Source of the DNA: Felis catus | Lineage: Eukaryota | Assembly: GCF_018350175.1 (NCBI RefSeq) | Contig: NC_058368.1 | Span: 210,058,001 to 210,122,000, forward strand | Direction: 5' to 3' | Length of the DNA: 64,000 bases | Translations under genes and position numbers: made by a program | The notes under the pieces: generated by a model | What the model saw: the letters and a program-made list of their open reading frames with translations, nothing else | The model's database searches: none | What the model was told of the DNA's origin: nothing | In this document: positions 51,176-64,000 of the stretch, piece after piece | Numbering within the stretch: position 1 is the first letter of the stretch | Layout: each line of letters starts with the position of its first letter

Positions 51176-51387
51176 TTTTTTTTTTTAAGTTTATTTATTT
51201 ATTTTGAGAGCGAGAGAGTGGGGGAGGGGGAGAGAGAGATAGAGAGAGGAAGAGAGAATCCCAAGCAGGCTCCACATTGTCAGTGCACAGAACCCAATGT
51301 GGGGTTCGAACTCACAAACCGTGAAATTATGACCTGAGCCAAAATCAAGAGTCAGATGTTTAACCAACTGAGCTACCCAGGCGCCCC
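51176..51387 (-). mobile_element. CanSINE
   Basis: TSD gatta(g/a)taagagtttt (51160-51175 / 51389-51404). Confidence 0.93.
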
Positions 51388-53299
51388 AGATTAATAAGAG
51401 TTTTATGACTAGGAGGAGCAAATGCTACCTCTAGGTATATTGGTAGGTGTTTGGAGCTGGGGCAGTAGGTCACTAGGGACCAGAGCAATCCTTGAGCAGT
51501 GGAGGAACACAAGGAAGAAATATCATAGGGAAGTTCATTAGTCAGCAGCCTGTAGGATCTATTAAGAGAAAGACATTGGTGACATAGAAAGGCAGTTAGG
51601 AAGCTCTTATGGTAATTGAGGGATAAATTACAATGGTGATAAGGAAGGGGAAAAGTGAATCCTAGAAACAGCTTGGTTGAAGAACTGACGGAAGGCAAGA
51701 GAAAAAAAGTGCTAACATTTGCTTGGTGCCTACTCCATGCCAAACACTTCACATACACTGCCCCATTTAGTCATTGTGAGTTATATTATTGTACTCTCCA
51801 CCCAGTGGGGGGACCCAGTCTGTAAACATGTAATGATTTTACAGAGTAACAATTGTTCTAATAGAAGTATATATAAGAAAGCTATTGGGTATCCAGGAAA
51901 GAGGCATGGACCCAAGGAATGTCTAGAAAGATGCATGGAAATTTAACAGAAAAAGTCCATGGAGAACATTCCAGACAGATGGTATGTGCATAGGCATACT
52001 TTTGGCAAAATCTGTGTCTGCGGTGTCTTCTGGAGAATTCATTAGTACCAAGAAGTTTCTCTGAGATATTCGAGTGAGATATTTGCAGGCCAGGGCAGGG
52101 GGGGGTTTGGGGGCCCTTAAATAATACCATGTAGTTAACTGCCAGTTTAGCATCTTAGGAAAACTATAGCTATAGCCAGTAGTGGAAACACCTCCAGAGA
52201 TTTCTGCTGGAAGTAATGCTCCATGATGTGGTGATGGAAAAAGGTGGGAAAGTATTGAAGTTCTTCCATGTGTTCATCTCTCCACCATTCCTGGATTCTC
52301 CAGGGCCACCGGCCTCTCCCCCTGATCCCCACCCCTATTTGTTCTCCTGTCAATGCTAGAGACTATACGTATTCTGAACACAGGGAGCTAGACAGCATCC
52401 TCTACATCCCTCAGCGATTTGCTCTTGGAGCTGATTTTACACCCTCCTCCTCTGCTCCCTTTCTGAATATTGCAGACCATCCTTCTCATAACATGCTGTG
52501 GCTGTGGCTTTCTGATATTTGGCCTGTAACCCCTGGGGCATGACAGCAGAGACCTCCTGCTCAAACCTTCCAGTGTTCAGGACATTATTTGCTTGCTTGT
52601 TTGTTTTTTGTTTTCTTTTCCTCTGATGCCCTTGGAGATAGGCAGGAGATCTCAGATAACCCTAATGTCAGGAGGGATCATTGCAGTCTCAGAAAGCAAA
52701 TGCTCTAGTTCTGGGAGGGGTGGGTTGTCTACAGATGCACTCCCTGTCATGTCCCCTTGCTTGACCAGTTGGGACCTCGCTCTGTGGCATTTTGGGAAGA
52801 TAAGGAGTCTTCTACAGCTTGTCCAAAATGTTAGCAAAGACTTCCATGTTTCTACTCTAACTCTGCGGCCACTTCAAACCTATATTTCAAAGCATCACAA
52901 ATATTAACATTCTCGTCATATTACTCTTCCTTCAAATAATTTCTAAGGAATGTGTCCAAATGGCACAGGAGCAGGAGTCAGGAGAACCAGCAGTCTGCAG
53001 ACCTAACTTTTGGGCTGAATTGAGCCTCTATCTATCCATTCTATACCCTTGAGCAAGACATCACTTTTTCAAGCCTCATTTTCCCCATTTGTTAAAGGGG
53101 CGCAACAGAGTTTGCTCCCTCTCCTTAGCACTTCTGTGAGGACTGGATCTGGTTATATACATTATAGTGATATAGGAAGTATAAAGTATGATAGGTGTGC
53201 ATTATCACCCTACAGCAGGACAAAATAGCTAACGGCAGCAACTCTGGAGCCAGACTTTCTTTAAAGCCAGTTTTTTCCTCTGGAAAATGAGGATAATCA

Positions 53300-53555
53300 T
53301 GCAGCCCAAAGCTCTGAAATCTCCGAAGCTCGGAAACCTAAAATTTCTTATGAGTGAGGCACCTGCCCTTACTGGGTGGCAAGATTGACCTGAGGGTTTT
53401 GATGGTCTTTGTCCAGCCTATTTGCTGCAGAAAACTCAATGTGCTTGTTTACTGGGTGCGGGAATCATTACATAGCATGCAGTACATCCACTGTGCTATG
53501 TTTTCTAAAATATGGAAAATTCTGAACTGGAAACACATTTGGCCTCAAGGTTGGT
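53300..53555. mobile_element. Possible Tigger-type DNA transposon relic inside a MIR
   Basis: MIR core is split (tttcctctggaaaatgaggataat | actcatagggctgccgtgatgattaag); insert ends ggaaaattctgaactggaaacacatttggcctcaagg. Confidence 0.4.
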
Positions 53556-56500
53556 ACCAAACTCATAGGGCTGCCGTGATGATTAAGTAAACAGATTCAG
53601 GTAAAGTTCTAAGCATAGTGCCTGGTCCGCAGTAGGCGCTCAGCAAATGTTAGCTTCCGTTGCTCTTCCCTCTGTTACTGCAGTCCTCAACATCCTTGAA
53701 CAATTTCCACCATTGCTCTAGACGTGTTTCCCTATTTGTGCCTGTAACTACTAATGTCTAAAATTATTTCCATTCAAACACTCAGCACTTGCCTTTCCTG
53801 AAGCTCCTGTCTTCCCAGCTCTCTGCCCAAATGCTCTCCTCATTTAGGACAGAAAGCTCTCCCTGTAGCCACCTGATGTCCTCTCCCTCTGCCTTCTCGG
53901 TAATTGGTAGGATGGTCTGCTTGCAGGTGAAGGAGGCTGGGAGAGGGTTCTGGGAAGCATCCCACTGGTTCAGACCCCTAGCTCACCCTGACATCCTTCC
54001 CGGGGGCTGTGTGGCTGGGATCCTATTTGGGTGTATGCAGCTCCTCCCCTTTTGGAAAATTTACTTCCACCTTTCTGGACTTGAGTTTCTCATGGGTAAA
54101 GCGCAACAGTCAGCCTAGATGAAAGCTACAAGCCTCATAGCTCCCCTGAATCCTACCTCCTGTGATGCTGCCCTAGGGCTGTTATCTCTGCACGCAGGGG
54201 AACCACATCCTCCACAGTCTTTCGGTAGTCAGGTGATGTCAGAGGGGGAATAAAGGCTGCTTCCCTCCAGCTCCAAGTACATCCAACCTCAAGAAGGGCC
54301 AAACGCAAAGCGTTTGCAAACTTTGTGACCAAGGAAACTAGATCCTCTTTTTCCAGATTTCTGGGCACTGAAATTAACCTGACTGTAGGAATGGGCTCTG
54401 GCTCATCTGGACAAGGGTAGAGATGAGTTGGACAGTCTCAAGTTCAAGGAGGTCCAGCCTGGTAGCGAGGGGACTGCACGCAAGGTTGCCATCCATCGAC
54501 CGATGCCAGAGGCCGAGCAGCACAGTGACCAGCACTGGTCAATAGACAGAAGGACTCTGCTAGCGGTGAGAGAGGCTGATGGAGAAGCAGGAAAGTGATG
54601 CTGGGAAGTGGTGAGGCTTCAGGTCAAGACTCTAGTGCCAGAGGGAGACTGAGGGAGGAGGGAGGATGGGTGATAATGGAAGCCTGGTGCTGTGGACTGG
54701 GCCACCCAAGGGTGGAGGTGACACGCCATAACCCTCAGGGCTCTTCCCTGGAGCACCATATGCTGTCACTCTGCAGCAAGACACTGTTAACTGCAGCCAG
54801 ACATTCCGTTTATCATTTTTCATTTTATCATTAGGAAGGGGGCCCCAAGTTTTGTTTCAGAAACAGCGCGATCACCTAGAAATACTAATATCCCAGGGTC
54901 CCAGTTGTGTTTTGGTGAGATATCAGCAGAAATCGCCGGGAGGAGCTGTGTGAGAGCCTGTGCAAGGGGTCACTTCAGCTGGCACATGGCATTTGCCCAT
55001 CACCCTTTTCCCTTTTTTCTGCCTGAGACTCAGACAGAACTCTGGAAGAGAAACAGCCCTCTGGTGACCAGTAAGCACAAAGCCACAGGCGAAGCTGGGT
55101 GGGACTGGAAGCTGAAGGAAGCCTCAGAGCTGACAGCGTGGGGAGCCCCCGGAGAGCCCTGAATGGTACTGCAGCCTCTTGTCATGTGAGAAAAATCAGC
55201 TCTTGTTTGGCTCATCAGCTGTTGTGGGCTCTGCTTTGTGCACACAGACCCAGTCCTAACAGGCACACGTATCTGCCTTCCTGGGTGGCTGGAAGGATGA
55301 GATGAGATGCCCCAGGAGACTCTGAGGGTTAAGGTGAACCCAGCGGATAGAGCTGAGCACTCGGAATCCAACTTTGGGACCTTGTCCTATTCTTAAGCCC
55401 CTCTAAGTGGTGGACACCTAAGCCACGATATACTTCCTGTCCCCAACTTGATTAACTCCAGACGTAGTAGGCAGATTACTGAAAGTCCATCTGCATTTCT
55501 AGAAAGAATTTCTCTGCTTATGTGTTATCAATGGTGGTTCAATAGCACCTTCTTCACATTTAGAGTAGCATTCATTCATTTGCCACATTCTTCCTGAGAG
55601 CTTACATTGTGTCAGGCACTGTATTCAGTCCTGGAGGTACAGAAGCGAGTAAGGTACAATCCTTGGACTCCAACATCTCAAGGATCTTCTCTGGGTACCA
55701 TTTTTTTTTTTTTTTTTTTTTTTTTTAGAAAATGGGGCCAAAGATGAATGGTATGTTTGGGCTAAATATGAGGGAAGAGAAAGCTCTGAATACTGATGTT
55801 GTTATCATTTTGTATCCTCTGACCGATGCTACAAGAATAATGCACACTGGGTTTTGGGAGGTGGGGGATATTTCCAATCCAGCTTGAAGTGGAAAGTTAC
55901 TGGTATGCTCAGAAGTAAGCTTCCATAATTATGGGCTGAGGTCAGACAAAATATAGAGAGTCCTTAATTTCAAGCATTTCCTTGGGCTGTGAGTAAACTA
56001 CCACCCAGGTAAGATATGCTATCTCCTTAAATGGAAAATACCCAGATGGTGGAAATTTTATGTTATTTACAAATGGGAAACCATTGGGTCTTCAGTGATA
56101 ACCCCTGCTCCACACTCTGACCAGCTGAATGGCTGTACCAGCCCACCATTTTTCATTTTTAGCTGCTCCTAACCAGACAGATGTTAGGGTATGCAGTATA
56201 AACCATGCATCAGAATGCAGGTTCTGGGGTAAGAGAACCCGACTTTGAATCCCAACTGCTCCTTACCAGCTGGTGAGTATCCACGTAGTTACTTGACATC
56301 ACTGAGTCAATAATTCCTGCCACTTAGGCTCGTCATGAAGATTAGAAATAACATACAAAGGTTGGAGACTGCTTGGCACTGAGTTAGAGCTCAACACACA
56401 GTAACTATAGGGGAAATGAGATGGGGAAGGGGAGAGAGAATCTCTGTCCAGACACAGCCCATCCTCATCAGACCCCAGAGCCAGGTCAACCCTATGCTGC

Positions 56501-57670
56501 AGAATTCTGCTCCAATCACCTTCAAGCTGCTGGGGACTGGGGACTTGGGGGGGGGGCGCGGGGGGGACTTTCCAATTATTTAAATGAAAGCTGCATTTTG
56601 GTGGGTCTGCGAAATGAGTAGGTTCTGATAGTCCACTGGACGATTCTGCTTTGTGAGGCTAGATGAGGGTTTTCAGGAAAGCCTTCCCCGTGTAAAGACG
56701 TTCATTTCCTCAACTCTTCAATGGAGGTAGTTGTCCTGACCTCATGTAATGGTGGGGGGAATTAAACCAATGACAAGCACCTAGCATGATAACAGGAGGA
56801 AGTAGGAACTCCAGAAAGATTGCTCCACCCTCCTCCATGACCCCACCCTGCCCTCATACTGTCCTAAACTGAGAGTATGACTGACAGAGAGCTGAGGACA
56901 CGTGGCGGGACGAATATAGGAATCCACTCTTAGCACCCTATACTTTAGTTGCAATTTGTTTATCAGACCAGCTAGGCCACTCCCTAGGCCAGTTCCGTTC
57001 AGCCCCAGGGCGCACGAGAATTGCTGGGTAGCATTGTAAAATTTATTGAGGTCAAGCATGAGTTTCCTCCCCGAGATTGTCTTAATTAATAGCTCCTTGA
57101 AAGAATGAGCACCTCTCTGGTTTCGGTTTGTTCCTCTGCAAATTGAGAGGCAGGGAAGTGGAGTAATTCACTGGGTGTTGCATAGCTAGAGAAGGCCCCA
57201 GGTCTGCTGAAGCCTGGCCAAGGGCAATCACCCCAATAGATACTGTCTTTAGTTAAAATTATGATATTCTGTCCATCACGAATTGTTTTCAATAATTTTA
57301 AGTTTTAAAATATTGTATTAAAATAGTATCTTGATTACTGAGGGGTGGCTTTTTTTTTTTAACACCCTCTTAAATTTTGTACTCGAGGCCATAGCCAAAT
57401 GATGGGGAGTGTTTAAGAAAACCTCGCGTCACTTCCCTGGGTCGAGAAATTGCATCTATAAAGGAACACGAACTGAGCATCCTGTCCTTTTTCCTTGCAA
57501 GGTCATGCTCAGCTATGGTTTTGCACTGTGTTTCCAGGAGTTGTGACAGTCAGTCACGAGGATAGGGATGAGCTGCTGGTCTGTGGCAGAGCTGGACAGA
57601 GGCCAGTGAATTTCTGAGGCTTCTGTACAAGAAATCAGTTGAAAGTCATTTTAAGACTGGTTAGAATTTG

Positions 57671-57880
57671 GGGGCACCTGGGTGGCTCAGTCGGTTAAAT
57701 GTCCGACTTCGGCTCAGGTCATGATCTCACAGCTGGTGGGTTCAAGCCCAGCGTCGGGTTCTGTGCTGACAGCTCAGAACCTGGAGCCTGCTTTGGATTC
57801 TGTGTCTCCCTCTCTCTCTGCCCCTCCCTGGCTCACTCACTCTCTCTCTCTCAAATATAAATGAACATTAACAACAACAA
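57671..57880 (+). mobile_element. CanSINE
   Basis: TSD aagactggttaga(a/t)tttg (57653-57670 / 57881-57898). Confidence 0.94.
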
Positions 57881-58359
57881 AAGACTGGTTAGATTTTGGC
57901 TGTGTCTCTTTTGCAGCCTAAGCAGCAGATGAAATTCCTCCAGGAAGGAGTATACATTATTTAACATGCCCCTAGCTTATAGTTAAGCTTTTGACTTTGG
58001 CTAGCTTGACATTTTCAGCCCATACTAATCTGATTTAGGTAATAAACGAGTGACAAGACCTGAACTATGCCCTCAGATACCATTAGACCAAACGATAGTT
58101 GATTTGCCTGGAGGGAGCTCTGTGCTAATCAGGTCAGGAAACACGTGAATGGTTTGCAAAGGAAACATTTAGACAAGGTGGAGCCGGAGATCCAGGTGAA
58201 AAGTCTTTTCCTGAGATGGTAGGCAGAGACTGCTGCTCACAGGTAGTCTTACCTGTCTGGCTGCATCTGCCTCTGGGAGGTCTGCAGTCATCTTAAGGGA
58301 CAACACTGAAAATCTCAACAGTTTCTCCAAACTCAACTTTACTCTTATCTCAATTCCCA

Positions 58360-58658
58360 TCAGAACAGAAGCTCCATAAAGACAAGGGTTGGTGTAGGGT
58401 TTGTTCCATGCTATATCCTCGGCAATTAGAATGGTGCTTTACCTAAATAAGTGCTGATGATCACGTCACCCTCTTGATTACAGTTCTTCAATCTCTCTAT
58501 TTCTGTTAGAATAAACACTGAAGGAAGCCCTTATGTGGCCTACTTGATCCGCCCCCTGATTACCTCCTTAATTTCAGGTCAAGCCACCTTTTCTTCATTC
58601 ACTATGCTCCAAGATCTGCCCTACCAGGCCTTTGCAAATGTTTTCTTCAGCATGGTGA

Positions 58659-58724
<66 letters not shown>

Positions 58725-59050
58725 CCCAGAAACAACTCCTTCCCAATCTTCATATTATCTCAGTAGAAAGGTCCTTTCTTCAACTATTCTCAAGGTCTTT
58801 CTCTGTTCTTATCCATGGAGAACCTTCTTCTGCACACTCATCTCCATGTCATGTTTTCCTCATAGCGCTTTTCTCAACTGGTAATTAAATATTTAAAAAA
58901 AAATGTATTCCACTGCTTATTGTCTGTTTCTATATTAGACTTCAAAATCCATAAGGGACTGAATATGACTCTGTTCCAATATATCCATATTCCTCTGAAA
59001 GACATAGAATAGGTACTTACAAATTACTTGTTGAATGAACGAATGAATGT
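58360..59050 (+). mobile_element. L2 fragments
   Basis: gaagctccataaagacaaggg..; ends ttgttgaatgaacgaatgaatg (L2 tail). Confidence 0.6.
58659..58722. repeat. (CA)n microsatellite
   Basis: Directly visible. Confidence 0.95.
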
Positions 59051-59659
59051 CTTTAATATATATGACCCTGTCCTAGAACAAAATATAAAAATGATGTTTT
59101 CCATCTCTCTTTTGTCTGCTCTCTTCCCTTTCGGTGCTCTCTTTGCTTGTCCCAGTGGCTAAATATAGCCTGTTAGCTGCCCAGGCTGCCTTATATACCC
59201 GAAGCTCAGGTCTGACAGTCTGAACAATGCTCCACTAGGAAGTTAAAGGCTGGAATGTCATGATGTGCTGTGCATAATATTTAGTTGTTAACAGAAATGC
59301 ATCCCATTCTAAATATTATGTGAGTTTAGGACATTATAGACAGCTTACGGGGAGGAAATTTATGCGAGGACAGGAGGGCCATTCACTCCACAGAGGCAGC
59401 CAGCTGGCCCGTTGTCTATGCAAACAGATCTTGACATAGCTATCATAATCAGTTAAAACCAGGTTCATCTGGGATTTTCATGCTATTCTTTTGATCATTC
59501 TAACTACATATTGGCTACCTTGCATTATTTTCTGTCTACATAAAACTGAAGAGAAATCATAGAAAGAGTATCATACACCACAGTGTTAACAATACTTATA
59601 TTTAGATATTGCAATATGAGTATTTTTAGGGTTTTTCCCCATGTTTGTCCATTTAACAA

Positions 59660-59875
59660 TTTTTTTAAGTTTATTTATTTATTTTGAGAGAGAGAGAGAG
59701 AGAGAGTACAAGTAGGGGAGGGCCAGAGAGAGAGGGAGAGAGAGAGAATCCCAAGCAGGCTCTGCACTGACAGCATGGAGCCTGATGTGGGGCTTGAACT
59801 CATGAACCGTGAGATCCTGACCTGAGCTGAAACCAAGAGTCAGACGCTTAACCGACTGAGCCACCTAGGCATCCC
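59660..59875 (-). mobile_element. CanSINE
   Basis: T tail, (GA)n tract, ends gccacctaggcatccc; taaca..tttt on both flanks. Confidence 0.92.
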
Positions 59876-59980
59876 TAACACTTTTTATTTATTGGCATTT
59901 TGTTACTTCTATAATTTTAGAATACGTATTTCATGTGCTCTACTCTGGGTTCATATATATAGTATCTCAGTTGTATAGAG

Positions 59981-60188
59981 CTATGCTGTCTAATATGGTA
60001 GCCACTAATGTCATGTGAATATTCAAATTTAAATTAATCAAAATTAAAGTTGATTAAAAACTCAGTTCCTCACTAGCCATATTTCAAGAGCTTAGTAGTC
60101 ACATGTAGCTAGTGGCTGTTGTTTTGAATAGCACAGCCCAGCTATAGAACATTTCCATTATCACAGAAAATTCATTTGGAAAATACTG
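59981..60188 (-). mobile_element. MER3 hAT MITE, apparently full length
   Basis: gctgtctaatatggtagccact..cacatgtagctagtggct..tagaacatttccattatcacagaaa; exact 8-bp TSD gtatagag (59973-59980 / 60189-60196). Confidence 0.88.
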
Positions 60189-61989
60189 GTATAGAGTATG
60201 TAGGTCTTAAATGTTTGAATATAAAAAGAGTCTTACAGGTGTTGAAGAGTATTGTTGATGTACACAAAAGTTTGAAAAGATTGACCGTCTGGGTTCCTTG
60301 TGATCCAAATGCAGTAGTATTGATTCTTCTCTGAGAAAACACCCTGGTTTGTTCACCAGGGTCCTTCAACTTTTATAGCTGCGGAAGCCAGCTGAGTTTA
60401 GCCATCTGAGAATTTTTCCAAGGTAATCTGAAAAGGCTGGACAAAGTGCCCACCATGATGTTTCAGCCTCTGAGGCTGTTCCTAGAAACCGCCTTCTTAT
60501 GGTAAATTTTCATAAGCGTACTTGAGATCAGATGCCTTATTTCCCTAATTTCTATTCCCATTAAAAGGCCTTTAGTATCTTTTCTTGACTGACTCCTCTT
60601 TAATGAACTATAAAGCAACCTAATGCTGAGGTAAATTTATTATGCAACCAGCCCAGGAAGTCATGCTCAGCAAGTGGCCAGGCTCTTCCTTGAAAGGGCA
60701 GGGACTAAGTGACCTTTGACACAACAGCGCAAGATGTGAGCAGCTAATCTTTCTCTGTAATTGCCAAAATTTGTCTGGTGCCAAGATGAATTCCCAAACT
60801 CACACTCCTGGTGGCCTAAGCAATGTGTCATGTCTTACTCAGCCACCATTAGCAAGAAAGACCTAGGTTATTAGCTGAGAGGTATAAGGATGTAGTCATT
60901 CATAGATTTTTTTTTTTAAAACAAACCTTCAGTGAGCATCTACCATGTGCTACACACTGAGAATAGAACAGTAATTAAGGCAGACCTGGATACTGCCTTA
61001 CAGAGTACCACCTCAAATTATTATAACACCAACCTTATTAAAGTCAAGGATAATCTTAAATAACCAGAAATGAGCTGACACCAAAGAGTCAGGAGTGTCT
61101 CCAATGTGCAGTAAAGGTAAAACTCTAGCTACGTGTGTAAATCAGGAAAGATACCGAATGTAGGAGTGTGTTTTATATCAATTAGCTTCTCAAGAGACCC
61201 CTTAAATGTCATTTAGCTGTGCAAGAGGAAAGAGACAAAATGTTTCTGTAATCGGGTCCTACAGGAGACATTAATCACCATAGGAAACAGTGCTAGGTAG
61301 TAAACTGCCAAGACCTGTAATGTAGTTCACTGGCCTTTCTCTAAGCACCCCGGGTTAACATGGAAAAAGGAAGATCTACCAAAATGTTGGTTAAAGTCCA
61401 TGATAAAAGGTCATTGCCTTAAATAACTAAGATGTGGAGCGTGTGTGGCAATGTGGAAACAGAAGTACAGAATAAAAAGGGAAAATGTCTTCTTAAGTGT
61501 CTTCTTGCAAGAAAAAAAAAGGAAAGAAAGATTTGGATATAATCCTAAGAAAGAGGCACTCAGCTGACACCCCTGCAGAGCATGCCTAATTGCCCAGAAA
61601 GGGTAGACTAGTAAATCTTACTGTAAATCTCTCTTCTCTCATGGCACAAACTTCTAGATCTCACACTAAGATGTTGTAAACATATCTGATTGAAGTTCAA
61701 GGGTAGGAGAAGAAGGGAAGGGCATGCAAAGGCCTCCATGCTCCTGAAATAAAATTATCTGAGGAAAGAAAACTTAGAGTGATGGTCAGAAATCAACATA
61801 AGGAATTGTGGTGGAGAATTATAGCATAACATGTGGGTGTTGCTAGATGCCTTTTCAGACCAGTCCACATTAGCACTGTGGTTGTGTTTTGGAAAATATT
61901 TGTTGAGTACAAGAGTGCATAACATTTGAGCCCAAAACCATGTAGGAATCATCAGTAGTTGTTGATTGTTAAAGAGCATGAATGAAAAT

Positions 61990-62345
61990 ACTGGACAATG
62001 TAACATGAGGAGAGTGGGGGCCAAGCATGAACACTTGGGTATCCCCAAAGTTTAAGGTCAGGGCAAGAGATAAGGAATCTATTAAAGGGATAGAAAATGA
62101 ATGGTCAAAGGGAACCAGCAGATTGTTGCCAGAGAAGTCAAGGAAGTAAAGAATTCAGAGAAGAGATGCCTGCTTACACACAGTTGGAAGTACAGCCAGC
62201 TAAGGATTGTAAACTGTCCATTAATTTAGCAAGATTTGCCAGAGAAGTCTGAGTGGAATGGGGTGAGCATAACACAGGTTGTAAGAGACTGAGAAGTGAC
62301 AGGGAGGAGAGGAAATGTGGATGGGACCAGCCATTATTTTGAAGG
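61990..62345 (-). mobile_element. L2 relic
   Basis: tgtccattaatttagcaaga..gtaagagactgagaagtgacagggagg: antisense L2-like. Confidence 0.45.
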
Positions 62346-63177
62346 ATCCTAACATGAAGACCCACGTAGACATTGCTCATAAGCTTTTATTCCTGAAGAG
62401 TCTGGCTTGCTAAATTGCTGAGGTTTAATCTCCAGAACTGACCTGCCTGGCTACAAGGATGGGAAACAATCATATCTGAACTTTTGATCGGAGGAAGAAT
62501 CCACATAACAGAGCATTCTAAACCTGATTCTTCTCTGATTATTGTAAACATTATTTAGCCCTTAGAGAAATAATGCTTTTGAACATTTTCTCCCCAGCAA
62601 TTTTTCTTGCCCTTCTCTATAGTATAGAGATTGCCTATAAGATTTAAGTCTGTGGAGTTCAAGAAAAATCCATTGGCATCCCTTCTTTTGAAAAGTGAGC
62701 TGTGGGGCTTAGTGCAAAGCACTCACCATAGAGGCAAAGAAAGGGTCTCCTGGTGTGCTATGCACAGACACTAGGTCTGTGCAGCCTTTGGGTAAACAGA
62801 GATGATTTATGTGCTTCAGATCCACCATGTGGTCAGTAGACTTTGCATAGAGAAATTCCCTAGAAGTGTTGGAAGGCAGACCCTGCCTCTTACTAACAAA
62901 CATAGCCTCAAAGTTGTTCATATAGATCAGCCATAAAAATGCCAAGAAAAATATTTCAATGATTATTTGTTCTACTTCACAAAGCCAAGAGTCCTAGGTT
63001 ATCACAACATACTAGTGTTTTCAAATTTTAACTCAACATCAAGTCCTTTTCATGAACTAAATTGTACACTATATGTATCAGATAAAAATGCTGGACTACT
63101 ATGGTTGAAGCTGAGTGACATAGGGCAAAGCTACCTCCTTGGAATTCAAGACACATGTTGAAAGCATTAGCCCTAAG

Positions 63178-63337
63178 AAAGTGGCTCATGACACTGGCTG
63201 CCTATTAGAATCACCTATGGACAAATCCTAATGCATTTAGAAATCCTGATGTAATTAGTCTAGGGGGAAGACCTCTGGCATGGTATTTTTTAAAGCACTC
63301 CAGATGATTCTATTATGCAGTGAGGGCTAAGAACTGG
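63178..63337. mobile_element. MER5A-like hAT MITE
   Basis: ctggctgcctattagaatcacct..ggtattttttaaagcactccagatgattctattatgcag..gggctaagaac. Confidence 0.78.
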
Positions 63338-64000
63338 TACCCTGAAGGGGTAATGGGAGGCTCCATTCTACCACAGAAGATAGTATTTATGGGAAAACTG
63401 CTATCAAAGCAATAGTTAGGGAATACTCTGCTGTTGGTTAATCAGATATCTTAGTTGGTGAGTGTCAACCAGTTTACCAATAGAAATCAATTTTACGTGA
63501 AAGTAGAATAAAAGGATGCATACATTACAAAAGTCAGACTGAGTAGCCCATATACCAACATTTAACCAGAAATCATTTCTTGAGTGCCTATTATGTGGTA
63601 GACTCTATGTAAGAGGCTTAGAGAGATATTTAAATTATTCTTCTCCAGACCTTACTCCCAAAGAACTGTAAGTCTTCTGTGGAAGGTATAATGTTTGATA
63701 AGCTCTGGACTTGCTAGGTTGGGAAATTTCTAGCCTTTCCATGTGTCAAAAGACTTTCCAAGTTAGAAATGGATTCACGGTAAAGGTCAAATCCAGAATG
63801 CTGCTGGTAAAACCTGGACCCAAGTTAAGGACAAATCAAGGTTGTATGACCTTGATTTGTGCTTGTGAGACCTTTTGTTGACCTCAGAAAGATGCAAGAA
63901 TCTTAAGAGCATTGCTCCGCAGCATCCTGACTTGCAGTCTAAAGGAAAGAGGGGCCTGCCTTGAAGAATTTTATGGGTGTGAATTTTATTTAATGAACTG

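Noticed and set aside
60341..60362. Hairpin accctggt-ttgttc-accagggt
   Set aside because: An 8-bp stem is expected by chance in 64 kb.

Overview
This is eukaryotic, non-coding DNA, almost certainly from a cat or other felid. It carries 24 near-full-length tRNA-derived CanSINEs of the felid SINEC_Fc type (5' GGGGCGCCTGGGTGG...; CT-rich tract; A-tail), most with readable target-site duplications (TSDs). It also holds old and younger L1 fragments, ERVL/MaLR solo LTRs (MER21-, MLT2-, MLT1- and LTR16-like), hAT MITEs (MER3, MER5, MER20, MER53) and ancient MIR, L2 and L3 relics. I could not recognise any protein-coding gene, RNA gene, CpG-island promoter or CRISPR-like array. The only ORFs with recognisable homology are L1 ORF2 remnants; the rest look like chance or repeat-derived ORFs. 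The window looks intergenic or deep-intronic. The best-supported observations concern insertion history: SINEs re-inserting into the TSD or tail of earlier SINEs, closely spaced inverted SINE pairs, a SINE hotspot at about 41-51 kb, and nested LTR/L1/MITE stacks. A few unique stretches have exon-like or enhancer-like signals and are reported at low confidence. I found no convincing novel biological system. Family names come from recalled consensus similarity, not a database search.
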